Below, one piece after another: positions 44,106 through 62,549 of a stretch of DNA of 64,000 nt. Both the position numbers and the translations under genes were made by a program. The stretch is taken from NCBI RefSeq assembly GCF_964204645.1, contig NC_134029.1, positions 22,686,950-22,750,949 of the forward strand. The letters run 5' to 3'. Below the pieces are notes generated by a model. The model saw nothing but the letters and a program-made list of their open reading frames with translations. It did not search any database and was not told the origin of the DNA. This DNA is from Tubulanus polymorphus. Lineage: Eukaryota > Animalia > Nemertea. Each line of letters starts with the position of its first letter. The stretch's first letter is position 1.

Positions 44106-44225
44106 CATGGACTCTTACAGTTTAGAGCCCATGGTTGTGGCCCATAGACATTTCCGTTTTAGAGTCTATGGTTGGACCATGGTTGTATAAACTCTAGTTT
44201 ATAGTTTATGCATCCATGGTTGGAC
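44106..44225. mobile_element. Cluster of three adjacent CAT(A/G)G...C(C/T)ATG micro-elements
   Basis: 44106-44133, 44143-44170 and 44178-44218; the last is flanked by a 7-bp direct repeat GTTGGAC. Confidence 0.65.
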
Positions 44226-47142
44226 TGTTTATGAAATACAGTCCACGTGTTTGAGGAACTTACGGTATAATTCCTCGAGCACATACCTGGCATTTTGTAT
44301 AATTGTTGTATGATAATGAATATGTTTGTTTGAAATTCTTTATTTTATTTGTTTAGTTAATTAGCTATTCTGAACTTTGCTAGTTGACCAGTCAGTGGTT
44401 TTTTTTGCAATCTACCTCTTTTTTTCAACCCAATATTTCCACCAGCATTGTCCGGAGACGAGGATGTGCGGAAAACATGATGGTGCGATTATATCAATGG
44501 CAATACAGCTTAAACCGGACACACTGACACTTGTTGACCGGTTAGAAGCAAGTGTTTAGCTGCCGAAGAGTATTGTGAAATCAGCAATCTTTTTGATTGT
44601 CACTATAGCCATTCGTTGACCAAACAGGCTTTAAAATATTTTGGAAAAAAACAGATACTATCATTTTAAGACTGAAAACAAGAAACGAAATTCTTAATAT
44701 GGACTCCTGGATTTACATGATGATGTACCGTTTAATCAAGTATCAAAATTAAAGCAAGAAATTTGGGTTTTTTCAAATTATGAGTGGTAAGCGTAATGAA
44801 GTTGTTGGTAGAATTTTCAGAGGATCCACGCTGCTGCAAGTAATCTAAAAAGCATAATATGTCTCCACTCAATTGAATAAGAATTTTTATTTCACCCAGT
44901 TTTTCTCTCTCATCTGGGTGCCGGTTGTCTTTTGGTGTTGATGCTTGAAGATCGGATATCCCCTGAAGCCGAAGATGTTTGTCGCTTCCCATCCTACTCT
45001 GATTGCGGGTCCTCCGTAGTAACAACCGTGTCATCAGCGCCCCGCAACTAGCTAGGACGAGGCCATGTAAGAGAACTCCGACTCTGCAGCTGCCAGTTGA
45101 AACCCCGAGAACTCTGACTTTGCTGTTATCAGCCTGAAGTTCTGTGCTGACTTCTTTCTCTTTCTCAGGTTAGATCAAATATGATGTAAAGCCGTTAAAA
45201 CTATGTATTACCAGCGTCTATATGGTTGTACTTCAATTTAAGCCGTGAAACTCTGGAAATTTAATTTTTCATCTAAGGTTCTTTCCCCTTCCATCAAAAT
45301 CTTTCCCAGTTTTTCTTGTCGCAGCAGATGATAAACGTCTATAATGTATTCGTGAACTCTGTAATCTCGAACATCTTTAATGTACTTCAAATACATCGTA
45401 AACTGTGTAGCTTTGATTTCTGATTCAGACCCCTCACCCTGGCCTTTCATCATTTTCGTCATCCACTATTAAAGTTAGATATAGTCGCAAATTTCATCTT
45501 GTTAAATTTGTATTTTTTATCTTTTTTTCAAAATACAGGTCATGTTTTTGTAAATGAGGCACTTCCTCAAGTACATAAATACCTGTCATTTAGGTATAAT
45601 TGTTGTTGTTGGATAAAACGACATGTTCATGTCAATTGAACCATTACATGGGTGTATAAACTCGTTTATAGTTTATACGCCTATGGTGGTTGGACTAGTT
45701 GTTTTTTAAAGTCGACGTGTTTGAGGAGCTTACATTATAATTCCTCGAGCACTCCTGGCATTTTCTAAAATTGTTGTACGAGAATAATTATGATTGATTT
45801 TAAAATTTTTCATTCTTTTAGTTAAGTTCAATATAGCAAATCCTGGATTGAGGCCTATCGTTTAAGAAAAACTGATTTAATGAAGAAATTAAATCGATTT
45901 AAGAGTTAAACCTTTTTATGAAACTCCTGTGTTTTATTCTTGCAATCTACTTCTTTTTTTCAACCGAAAAAAATAATCCCACCACCAACTGGTCTTCCGA
46001 CAAGCTTAGATGTGATTTTATCTACAGCACAAAAACCATACATTCCGACACTGCACATTAACATTGGGCCCGTTGACAGTTGTTGACGCTCAACTCGCAA
46101 CTACTAAAGCAACTGGCAATGTCATCTCAGGGCTTCCATAATAATTGACACTTATTTATTTTGATTGGATGGACTACATTGGGTGTTCCAGGTTTTTGAT
46201 AGGTAATTTAAGGGTATGGCAAATTTATAATCTGGGTATGGAAAAGGTTGGAAAACGATATCCGAGACGAAGCGACCTCTACCAGAAATTAAATAAATGA
46301 ACTCTTCGATTTCAAATAGATACTGATTTATTAGCCATTTGTATATCGTATATACACGTATTTCATTTATATATTATTTTCATCTAAACTTGAAAGAAAA
46401 AAACTTTATCATCAGCACGATGAAACTAACTGGTTGTTTACACATATACAAATACACGCACACGTTGTTGGCACAAATAAATCTAATCGCACAAAAATAC
46501 ACGTCGAGTCTAGTACGAGATTGAAGGTGCGGTATTTTCTCCGATCATGTGAGGTTTGTGGAAAACTTTTCGACGCAAACTTTATAGATAGTCGATTACT
46601 ACAGTATCTAAATCTTAGCCTGCTTGCCTTGATTCGATGAGAGCGGAAAAATATGATAACAAGCAGTGTGTGTCATGAGAAAGATGGCGGACGAGTGACT
46701 ATACAAACATCCACGCGCAGTATTAACAAACAGGGTATCAAAATTACCGGTTGTATACCGATGCCTTACATAGCTACTACGTACCTATATTCAAACAATT
46801 TATATAACCTTAAAACTTTATCTACCCAGGAAATACGATAATTCATCATTAAAAGTAGTTTTAAAGGTAGCGTATCCACCTCAGTCGTCAATATCCTATT
46901 TATCAGAAACAACTTAAACAAACGTACGAAGGAACTGAGCAGCAGGAAATAAATATACATGAAAATGCTTCGAGTTATAAAACAGTGAGAATCAAAATCA
47001 GTTTTGAATCATCGTTTTTTAATTCCACCTATTAACACACTGTATTCAGATATGTTTGTCTAATACAATCGTCGAGGTGGGTATAATCGAGTAAAATAAG
47101 CAGCTGATCTGATACGATACACCGTGCGTTTATAGTAAATAA

Positions 47143-53491
<6,349 letters not shown>

Positions 53492-53846
53492 AAAGACCTC
53501 CGAACTCTGGTGAATATTTTTTTTGATTGTTCAATCGATATTTCGATCTCTAACGACTGAAATGGCGAAGTTTTAGTAATGAAGTCGCTGAAAATATTCG
53601 TCAAATCGAATAGTGGCCATGACAGAAAACAGGAAGTCAGTGGTGGCGCTACTAGACGGTGGTGATACTGGCTCAATAAATACGAATTGAATTGAAATAT
53701 GTTCCCGTCCCACGTCCGAACTGTTCCGCACGAACCCGGAAATAAATATAGATTTATTCAAAAATCTTCATAAAAACCTTTAAAATCTATCTGTTCGCGA
53801 TCCCTGCACGACTAAGATTGATATATATCCTCAACCTGTTTAAACC
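53492..53846. promoter_or_regulatory. Putative bidirectional promoter, UBE3A/ANAPC11
   Basis: Divergent ATGs about 355 bp apart; YY1-like AAATGGCG at ~53560; ETS-like CAGGAAGT at ~53630 and CCGGAAAT at ~53736. Confidence 0.55.
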
Positions 53847-54490
53847 ATGAAGATCGATGTCAAAAGTGAGTGATTTTTTCGCTTTTAACCCGAGATATTG
53901 CAAATAAACTAATCGATGATTTCACAATTCAATACCAATGTAAATGCGATTTTATTACATTATTTCCGTTATTTTTTATTTTCATGATTCTCATCGATTC
54001 CATTCATATTCTAATCGCTGTGAATGATAAAAACTAGGGTAGGTGTAGTTTTCTGTTCATATAGGAATGTTGGCTTTTTAGTGTGCACAACTCATGATAA
54101 TTCAATCAGTTGTATTTTGCCTGCAAAATATATTGTAGTAACTATTGGTTCCATACTTTATTTTCCAGTTGGACCGCTGTCGCTACCTGGAGATGGGTCG
54201 CCAATGACGAGAACTGTGGAATATGCCGTATGCCATTTGATGGATGTTGCCCGGACTGTAAACTCCCAGGGGATGACTGCCCATTAGGTTCGTTAAATTT
54301 TCATGGGCTTACAATAATTAATTTCTTTGAACTGTTTCATCGTATTTCAATCAGAGAAATGGTTTCGTTTTCAGTGTGGGGTCAATGTTCACATTGTTTT
54401 CACATACACTGCATCGTGAAATGGTTGAATTCACAGCAAGTTAATCAACAGTGTCCGATGTGTAGACAGGAATGGAAATTCAAAGAGTGA
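53847..54490 (+). CDS. ANAPC11: Anaphase-promoting complex subunit 11 (RING-H2)
   Basis: MKIDVK..WTAVATWRWVANDENCGICRMPFDGCCPDCKLPGDDCPLVWGQCSHCFHIHCIVKWLNSQQVNQQCPMCRQEWKFKE*. Exons 53847-~53865, 54169-54287 and 54375-54490; the phase of the first junction is ambiguous (see findings). Confidence 0.95.
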
Positions 54491-57400
54491 TACAGATTAT
54501 TCATAAACTGCCTGATAACATAGTTTTCTGACGACACTCTTCAGTGACGTTTTGATTTTTGTAATGAAACTGACCGCATTTATGTACATATATTTGACGA
54601 TTTTTAAATAAAGATATTTTCATATATAAGTACCGGTATTCTGAAAAGTGCTGTCTTTTTTTCGAGGGTGTGATTAGCTGTTATCTGATGAGAGGTCCAT
54701 ATAGTCCATTGGATTACTGAATCTGGATTGAATATACCGTAGTTGGTCATTTTAATGATATGGTATCACACCGTGAATGGAGCACACCGTCCCTGACTAG
54801 TCACCAATTAGTTTATGATTGACATGCAATACAAACCATCGAAATCCTGATGAAGTTGTCAGCGCATTGGTTTTAAACAGAATAATATCTGAATGTAGTG
54901 CGCCGACAGGAACCAATTCTTGCGGGTGAGGGAGGGTTACTCTACTGGGTTAGTAACACGGAGCCTTGCTCGGAAGGATATCACCGAAGGTGCTGTAACG
55001 GTGGTCTTAGGTTGTTTCCATTCAATCAAAGTTTTGATTAACTGCCCAGGCTCAATGAAGACAACCTATTTTAGTATTGGTGTTATTAAGGTTTAGTTTT
55101 TGTTAAATCGATGGTTTTATCGCTATCAATAAAAAATCTTTAGTAATACCATATCCCACCGCCAGTGCACCTTACCATATCTCGCACCACGTCCGAGCGC
55201 GCAGTCAATTTCAATTTGCATTTTGCTTATAATTCACGTTGATTTCGCGTCACTTTTTCTTATTACCGTATAAGCAGCTAAATTTCTATTAAGTTTGCCT
55301 TATTTTCCTGTCCAATCTCATTGTTATCATCCCAATCTGTTGCGAATATCAATTCTCGGCTGTTTTTATCGAATTATTCGCATCGGTTGTTTTTGAGTCA
55401 TGGATTTTCATTTACTATCGCGGTTTGGCAATAATCAAATATAACGCCAATAACTTGCCATAATTTCAGTTAGGCCAAAACGCTGAAACTGTTCTGATAG
55501 AAAAACTCTGCGATACCGCTGTGAGTTCAAATAGAAACCGCATTGAATTGTGTGCCTGTGTATTCATTCAGCAAGCAATTGGACGTGGTGATACTTGCAA
55601 ATATTCCAACCCTTTTTTCATATCGTCAGAGTAAGTTGATGACAACATAATGTTTTCAAAAAAGCCTTGCTTTCGAAAGACGTTTTCATGTTATGTAATG
55701 CATACGTTTGCAATTTGCAAGGCATGGAATTAGCGGTAGAAGACTTTATCTGAAATAGAATCCCCTAGAATACTTTCATTGGCGTTCATAGGTTCCAGGT
55801 TCCGCATTTTTTTAGTTCAAAATGTTTGGTTTTTTCACATTCCGGAAATTTCATAAAAATCTTGCCTTAAAAGGTCCAGAAAATACCCTGCCAAGCATCG
55901 AATTTAAAAAATTAAGACTATTTAAGAACATGCAATCAATTTAAAGGATTTAGAAATGCTCGTTTGCCTTCGGCGCTCGGCGGAGACGGTGCAAAGTATG
56001 GCACGTATATAGTTCCGCTTGTGTTAATTCCGACCCCCTTTAGAAATCCCTAGGGACACCCGCATGAGTTCAGTTCATTACAGTAAAGTAAAGTAGAAAC
56101 TTTGATTTTCTTTTTCGCGCCTAAAACTTGGTTTTCTACATTGTCATCGCGATCATTTCCAGTTTTATGAAAGTATGATGGAATTAACGCAATACAGAAA
56201 TTTCTGCTACGGCGTCTTCCATTCATTTAATAATAATGCCTTGAGGCGCCTCGGTAGAAATTTGCTTTTAGTTTAGTTTTTCTGCTAGGCTGAAGCTCGT
56301 GTCAGGAAGGTTTCTCGTAAATGAATTCGATTCATTTCTATCAGATTTCTATCTGCTGATTTCTGTAACATAACGCGATATCATCTCTCGCATAATCTGA
56401 CAGGTATACGCGCCCGCCGTGTTTGAAAATCGTGTCCCAAATACTGCCCGTATATAACATAATCGGAAGAAAACTTATTGGACGATGATATTAATGACAT
56501 TAATTGCTTCGTCTTATAACATTGAGAATCTGCATGAATCCAGGAAATTGAAGATATACCACAAAACAACCGATAATTCCAATTATAGTGGGTGATTTAA
56601 AAAGTCATAATTGGAAAACATCTAATGAAATATTAATCGTTAATGTACACAAAAACGCAGGTAAGTATAGTTCCCAAGAACGATGTCGCTAGGTTGGTCG
56701 TGTTTTGCTTGGTGAATAATTATTTTCCGCTCGATCTAATTAGGGTAAATTTGTGTGAATTAAGCGCGCTTATTTGACAGATCGGTGTATCATCAAATCG
56801 TTATTTTGCGGCTAATATGAATTTTCATGCAGAGCGCCGCGTAATCCATCTAAAGTTGAACCATCACCAGAATCTTCGAAGAAAGATGGACCATTGAGGT
56901 AGTTAGCCGAGGCCTCCAAGCAGACAAACTTGTTCAATCCATTATTCTGTAACACTCATTATTTTCAAAGATTTGCAAAAACATGAACAAACCTGAAAAC
57001 CATCGATACCATGAAAGATTCAGATTTCACTTCTTAGATCGACACGATATTAGAAAAGGAGATAACCTCTTCACGGTATCGTTGAGATTATTAGAAAGAT
57101 TACGGGAATTCTGTGACTTATTCAGAAAAACCGAGGCTGTGGATAACAGGTGATATGATTGATAACAGCCATTTCTGAGCACAGTAATGACGCATTAATC
57201 CAAAACCAACCTTTTCTTCTCGTTTCCCAAACAAAATCACATACTGTCTTAATCAATCTGCGCTTATCAAATTTATTATATTAATACGTTCGTTTTGCGG
57301 CGTGTTAGTGGAGTTGATTGGCCACTAACAAGCTCCCCGGGGATATTCTTTGTAGCTAGTTAGCGGTAAGGAGTTGTCATCAGATAGTTGAACACTACAT

Positions 57401-60400
57401 CATCGTAACACCCGACGTGTGCGTACGTATGTGTGCAAGATTGATCAAAAGTCTCCTGATTCGAGGTTATCTGTTTGTCAGGTGTTGATAAATTCGACTT
57501 AAACAAACTTTCGACCAGTTTTCTACGTTGTTGTTGTTGTTGGCAGTTTCCAAGGATCAGTGGGAAGGTCGTCGACATGCTCTCTGGTAACTGCGTAGTC
57601 CACGATCCACAATCTGACCCCCCTCCTCATCGGCACACCCAGGACATCCTTGGGGGTTAGCAGCCGATGCTTACCTCTTACTGCGTCTCCACTGGAGGAC
57701 TCAAACGCAGCATTACTTTTCTAATGTTTCCCCCGCAAAGAATCATTTTTGGGGATTTATATTTTTCAGAAAAACCACATAATTATCATCATGCCCGCGG
57801 TGTCCGATGTTTCGGTCGTGGTCACTCCTCAACATCGTTATAAAACCGAGATTAAATCAAACTAATGAACGCGCTATTATTAAACATTAATTTGAATCTG
57901 AAACTGAGGAGGAGCTGCTGCTGACTGAAAAGACGACACTTTAAGATCGCGCACTGATGGCTAATCACATAAAGATCAAGTAAACCACAGCCGTCTGGTA
58001 TCCGCAATTAATTATAATCAACAACACTCACCGGGGTCGTATCCGACGGAACTCTGATTAAGATCGTCGATTCTTGAAAATCGCGAGTGTCTATTGGTGA
58101 TTTTGTGAAACGCTCCCTCGATGACCAGTTGTCGTGGGCTCAGATGTTAATCGAACATGATTACTTTCATTAAATCTAATCAAATCTGATGCAATCTTAG
58201 TTTTCGTCTTGCGTCCACCTGGGGTTCACAGATCTACTATTGTTAGGATCTAAAAAAACTAGTATATTTCCTCGATAGTTTTGGAAATGGTACTTTCATA
58301 TATTGTTTTTTGCCCAGAAATCTGTAACTATCGAAAGTTGATGAAGATGACCTTTTTTTCGAGCAACGTATGAAGCCGCGTGCTGCGATCAAACTGTGAA
58401 AAGCAAAAAAAAAGAAATCCAATTTCAATTTCGAAAAAAAAAACGCTCGGAGGCTTTGTCGTCGTTTGCGGCGCGATCGTGTTCAAAACTGCGTTTACAC
58501 CAAAACGACCGCACTTAGTATAGATTAAAATATGAATAATTAAGCGTTTAACAGTTACTGATTGGTGGACGGATATAGAAATAAGCACCGTTTAATCATG
58601 CAACCGTGAGCATCAGATGAATTAATTCACTTGCAATTAAAACAAATTGTCTGGCTCAACCATGAGCAAAACGAAACCATCAATATTGATACGCACAAAA
58701 GCAATGATCTCATGAATCGTAAACCGTCGACGATGAATAAATTATAAAGCTCCGCTAGTTTTAGTTGTTTTGGACAAAATTTTAATAAAAGCCTATACCA
58801 TTACGGTAACGAGGACCGGTGAGATGAGGGCTTTATGAATTATACATGGCCGTATTAAACGACGGTTTCGCCGATGAGTATCCCGAAATCGTTCATCGCT
58901 ACTGGACACGCTTCTATGAATAAAATGCTCGTAAGAATCGTAAATTTTAACGACATTTTTACTGTTTAAGGTGCAGGCGTCGTAAAATACATTCTCCGAA
59001 GTCACGTTTGAATACATTGCGTTATTTCAACATTCGCATTAGCTTCATAAAACTGGAAACCACTAGTTGAAATTGAAATCATCGAGTCTATAGCAATATC
59101 TCAGCGAGCTTGAACATTTTGAAAAATTGTCGAATCTAAAGTCGAATTTACAGAAGTTTTTGTATAAATCGATTGATTCGAACAATCTTCCAACCAGCCT
59201 GAAACTCCTTTTCAGCCTCAGTGCAGATAAATTAAAAACATCAATATTTTCGGGGGCATCTGCCGGCCGAATTGGGCATGTCGGAGTCAGTGTGAAATAA
59301 CTGGGTGATATGTCTATTAACGAGGCAGATGGGTTTGCATATGATGCTTAATTCGATGGCATATTCATATTTAGAACGATTCAATGATTTTGCGACTGCA
59401 GCGGCGCAGGTACTCTATAGAAAGTCATCACCAGGGCACAATAGGTAAATTCTGATAATCGGTGATTAGTAATTGTGTCTATCTCATCATACATTTATAA
59501 CTCTTGTTCATGTGTGGTCATTGCACACTCTCTATATAGATGACTTTATGTTATTAAATAGATTCAGTTGTTGATTATTAATTAATGAAGCCACTACTGG
59601 CCGCGGCATTCGTCCTGGAGCTATATATATCTCAACCACTTCAAGTCTTATGAGGTTGAAAAACTTGTTTTTCTATTTGCAATAAACGCTACAGCTTTAG
59701 AGGTACACAACCAGACACATCGCATCACATCGAGATCTGAATCGCGAGACTTTTGTTTCCCTTTTCGATGTGTTTTGTTCATTTAATTTTGATACAATAA
59801 CTAATAAAAGAATGGATTATTTGTGAAAGAGGGAATAGACGTGAATTACATACATACATTGACAGAAGGTGATCTTTTGTGTAAACCCCTCATTGGAAAC
59901 TGCAATTAAGACTACATTATATTACTGTATCACAGATGTAATTTGATTTATCAAACCAGTTTGGTATCATTTCATAGCATAACCATTGCACGTGTCCAAC
60001 ATCCAGGTGAACGTGTATGAATGTCGCGACCGGAACATGGACAGGAACTGCCGCGTGTCACCCCGACACCGTTCAAAAGGCACCATCTGTTTTACAACTG
60101 TTTCCAAAACATGACAGCTTCTGTCCGCATCTCCGAACCGAGCTCCGAAAGCGGAAAAGTGAACAAGTTCTCGTCGTTCAATAGATTTTCGTAAGCGATT
60201 CACGCTTTATCTCTTTGGGCGGAATTCGCGAAAGGGAAAGTGTTAAATAATGAAATATGACCCCTTCGGGCAGGTCCAGAGACCGTCTCAATAATTAACC
60301 GGTCGTCTTTATTGTTTCTGATAATATTGCACCTGATCTTGCTCCTGAGGAGGCGTGTTTTCTTCCTTTGATAACAATTGATTTGCGTGACGTCAAAACG

Positions 60401-61281
60401 TATTAATCATTCTTCGGTTTATGTGTGCGCGGGCTGACAATAGATAATCGCAGTGCGCTTATTAATTCAAACAATTGAGATTTCCTGGTGGCTTCAGCTC
60501 CGCGGACGCGATGCGGGAAGAATAGACAATAAAGCACGAGACTAATTGGGTTTAATTAGCCGCACTGAGTAATTTAGGTAAACAAGAAGAAAGTAACCAA
60601 ATTCACGCGTTTGAAGTGTTAAATATTGTACTGGCGCAGCGTGAATCGTTTTTCAGGTCGTTGTCACCTCATTCCCAATCGATAAAAGGTGATGCTATTC
60701 ATAAGGTTTTCCTTTTTGGTATTTTCAAAACATTTCAAGCTTCATTACGATATGTATGAAATATTTGAGAAATACCGGTATCGATTATTTCCATAAACCC
60801 CGTGAATGAAAACACCGTTAGTATATACATTTGTATATTAGGCTATGGTTTTCGCATTGTACTTTTCTCCTTACTTCTGGATGAAACGAAATCATAATTC
60901 GCACCGGAATATTCAAGATATCCAAAAGAAGTCCAGAAACCTTCGATAAATAATGTATGATCGTCGATACTTTATCATTCGTACAAATACTGTTACACCT
61001 CAGGCGTTATGGTATAGACCCGATCTGCGGATACGATTCCGCAAAGTCAAGGGTTTATTGAATTTGTAATGATTACTATTTAGTAACGCGTGGAGACATG
61101 CGTTATGACTTTGTTTGCGATAATTATATATTTGCCATTAGTTCGGCGGTTTTGTAGAGGAGGAGGTGGTGACACACGAGGTTTGAGATATCGTGTTGAT
61201 TTTTATAAAGTGCAAAGCAATCTATAAAACTGAGTGTACATTTTAAACGATGATCGGGTATTAATCATTAGTAAAAACTCT

Positions 61282-61562
61282 ACAGTTGATGATTAAAACA
61301 TCTGTTGTCTGAAAGTTTCGGAGTTTGTAGAATAACCACACTCAAACGTGGAGAACGGATAATAAGATTAAAACCCACTATACATGCAGATTAAAAGTTA
61401 GAAATCGAAAATTTGTTCTAGAAAACTTATTGAAAAAACGCTCAGAAGAGATCATCACCAGGTGTCTCTCGATTTCGGAGTTAACCTAAACTCCAAAACC
61501 TAAAATGGAGATGAGATAAACTCCGAAACTATCAGACAATAAACGTTCTAATCATCAACTGT
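61282..61562. mobile_element. Palindromic MITE
   Basis: ~45-bp imperfect arms ACAGTTGATGATTAAAACATCTGTTGTCTGAAAGTTTCGGAGTTT / AAACTCCGAAACTATCAGACAATAAACGTTCTAATCATCAACTGT. Confidence 0.7.
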
Positions 61563-61990
61563 GGGATTATACTTATTAAATCTGAATACTGAGATTGATG
61601 TCCCAGTCATGATGGTATCGTCTTGAATATCGTTATCCCCAGTTTGAGCGTGTACTCTAAAACAACCCGTTTTGTAGTCCATGGTTTGAGAGATAAAAGA
61701 TATAGTGTGACTCTGGCGTCGCTTTCTATCATATTTTTGCCGTTAGGTAAATGTATGCCCAATCTATGGAGTCATCGCGGTACAGAAATGTATAACGTCC
61801 CCTAAAGCACTGATAAGGCCTATCCCGAATGAAAAAATTGTTTCCAACTCCGAAGATCTGATGAAGAACATAGAGACAGTGAAAGACATCTCGCTGCATC
61901 TAAAACTGATGCTGGGATGATGGCGACGATTACTGTTGTCGCAGCCAGCAGGCGGGTAGGCGTGTCTGCATAATCAGCTGCAAGTTAGTT

Positions 61991-62156
61991 ATTGGATGGA
62001 TGTCTATTGAATAACGAGTAATTGTAGTGCTATATAAACCCGCTTTAATGTCCACAGGAAGCCACAGATCATCAATACTAAATACCTGACACTGGCTCTT
62101 TCAATCTCGCACATAACCGATAGGAAATTCTCGTATCAGCTTTTTCTCAAGTTCAT
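61991..62156 (+). promoter_or_regulatory. Core promoter and non-coding first exon of the SKOR gene
   Basis: Inverted CCAAT (ATTGG at 61991), TATATAAA at 62031, donor GTAAGT at 62157, acceptor TTTCAG at 62530 just before the ATG. Confidence 0.6.
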
Positions 62157-62549
62157 GTAAGTAAATATATGAATTTCTGATACTTTCAAGTAATTTCTTT
62201 GCTAATAAATACGTATGTTTTTTGGTAACTGTGTTTTGAACAATGTAAAAGTATGATTGATATCATCGATAATATTTATCTAAATAAAGCTCACTTAAAT
62301 TTGAATGAAATCCATGCTATGCATACATCCTGTAAAATGTTTTCTTCTTTAAACATTGCAAAAAATTGATTTAGAATTAAAATCTGATAGAATGAGACTT
62401 AAATCCTGTTCAATTGTCGAGCGGTGTAGTTTGTAAATGATTTTTTCGCTCAAATATTGTTTTACTTTCATACAAATTGTGAGATGAAGAGTTTTGGGAA
62501 CATTGGAAATATATGTTATTTTCATTTCAGTGATAGTAGAGAGTTAACG

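Larger units (their letters stand above)
31291..46141. mobile_element. 14.85-kb TIR-bounded element with decayed cargo; no recognisable transposase
   Basis: Left end TTATGGAAGCCCTGAGACGACATTGCCAGTTGC (31291-31323); right end GCAACTGGCAATGTCATCTCAGGGCTTCCATAA (46109-46141); 32/33 identical as inverted repeats. TAAT lies immediately outside both ends (31287-90 and 46142-45). Located between the convergent 3' ends of TMEM184C and UBE3A. Confidence 0.8.

Noticed and set aside
31291-46141. Polinton/Maverick or intact endogenous virus (size ~15 kb with TIRs)
   Set aside because: No pPolB, integrase, ATPase, protease or capsid motifs found; TIRs are short, do not begin with AG, and the flanking duplication is 4 bp rather than 6.
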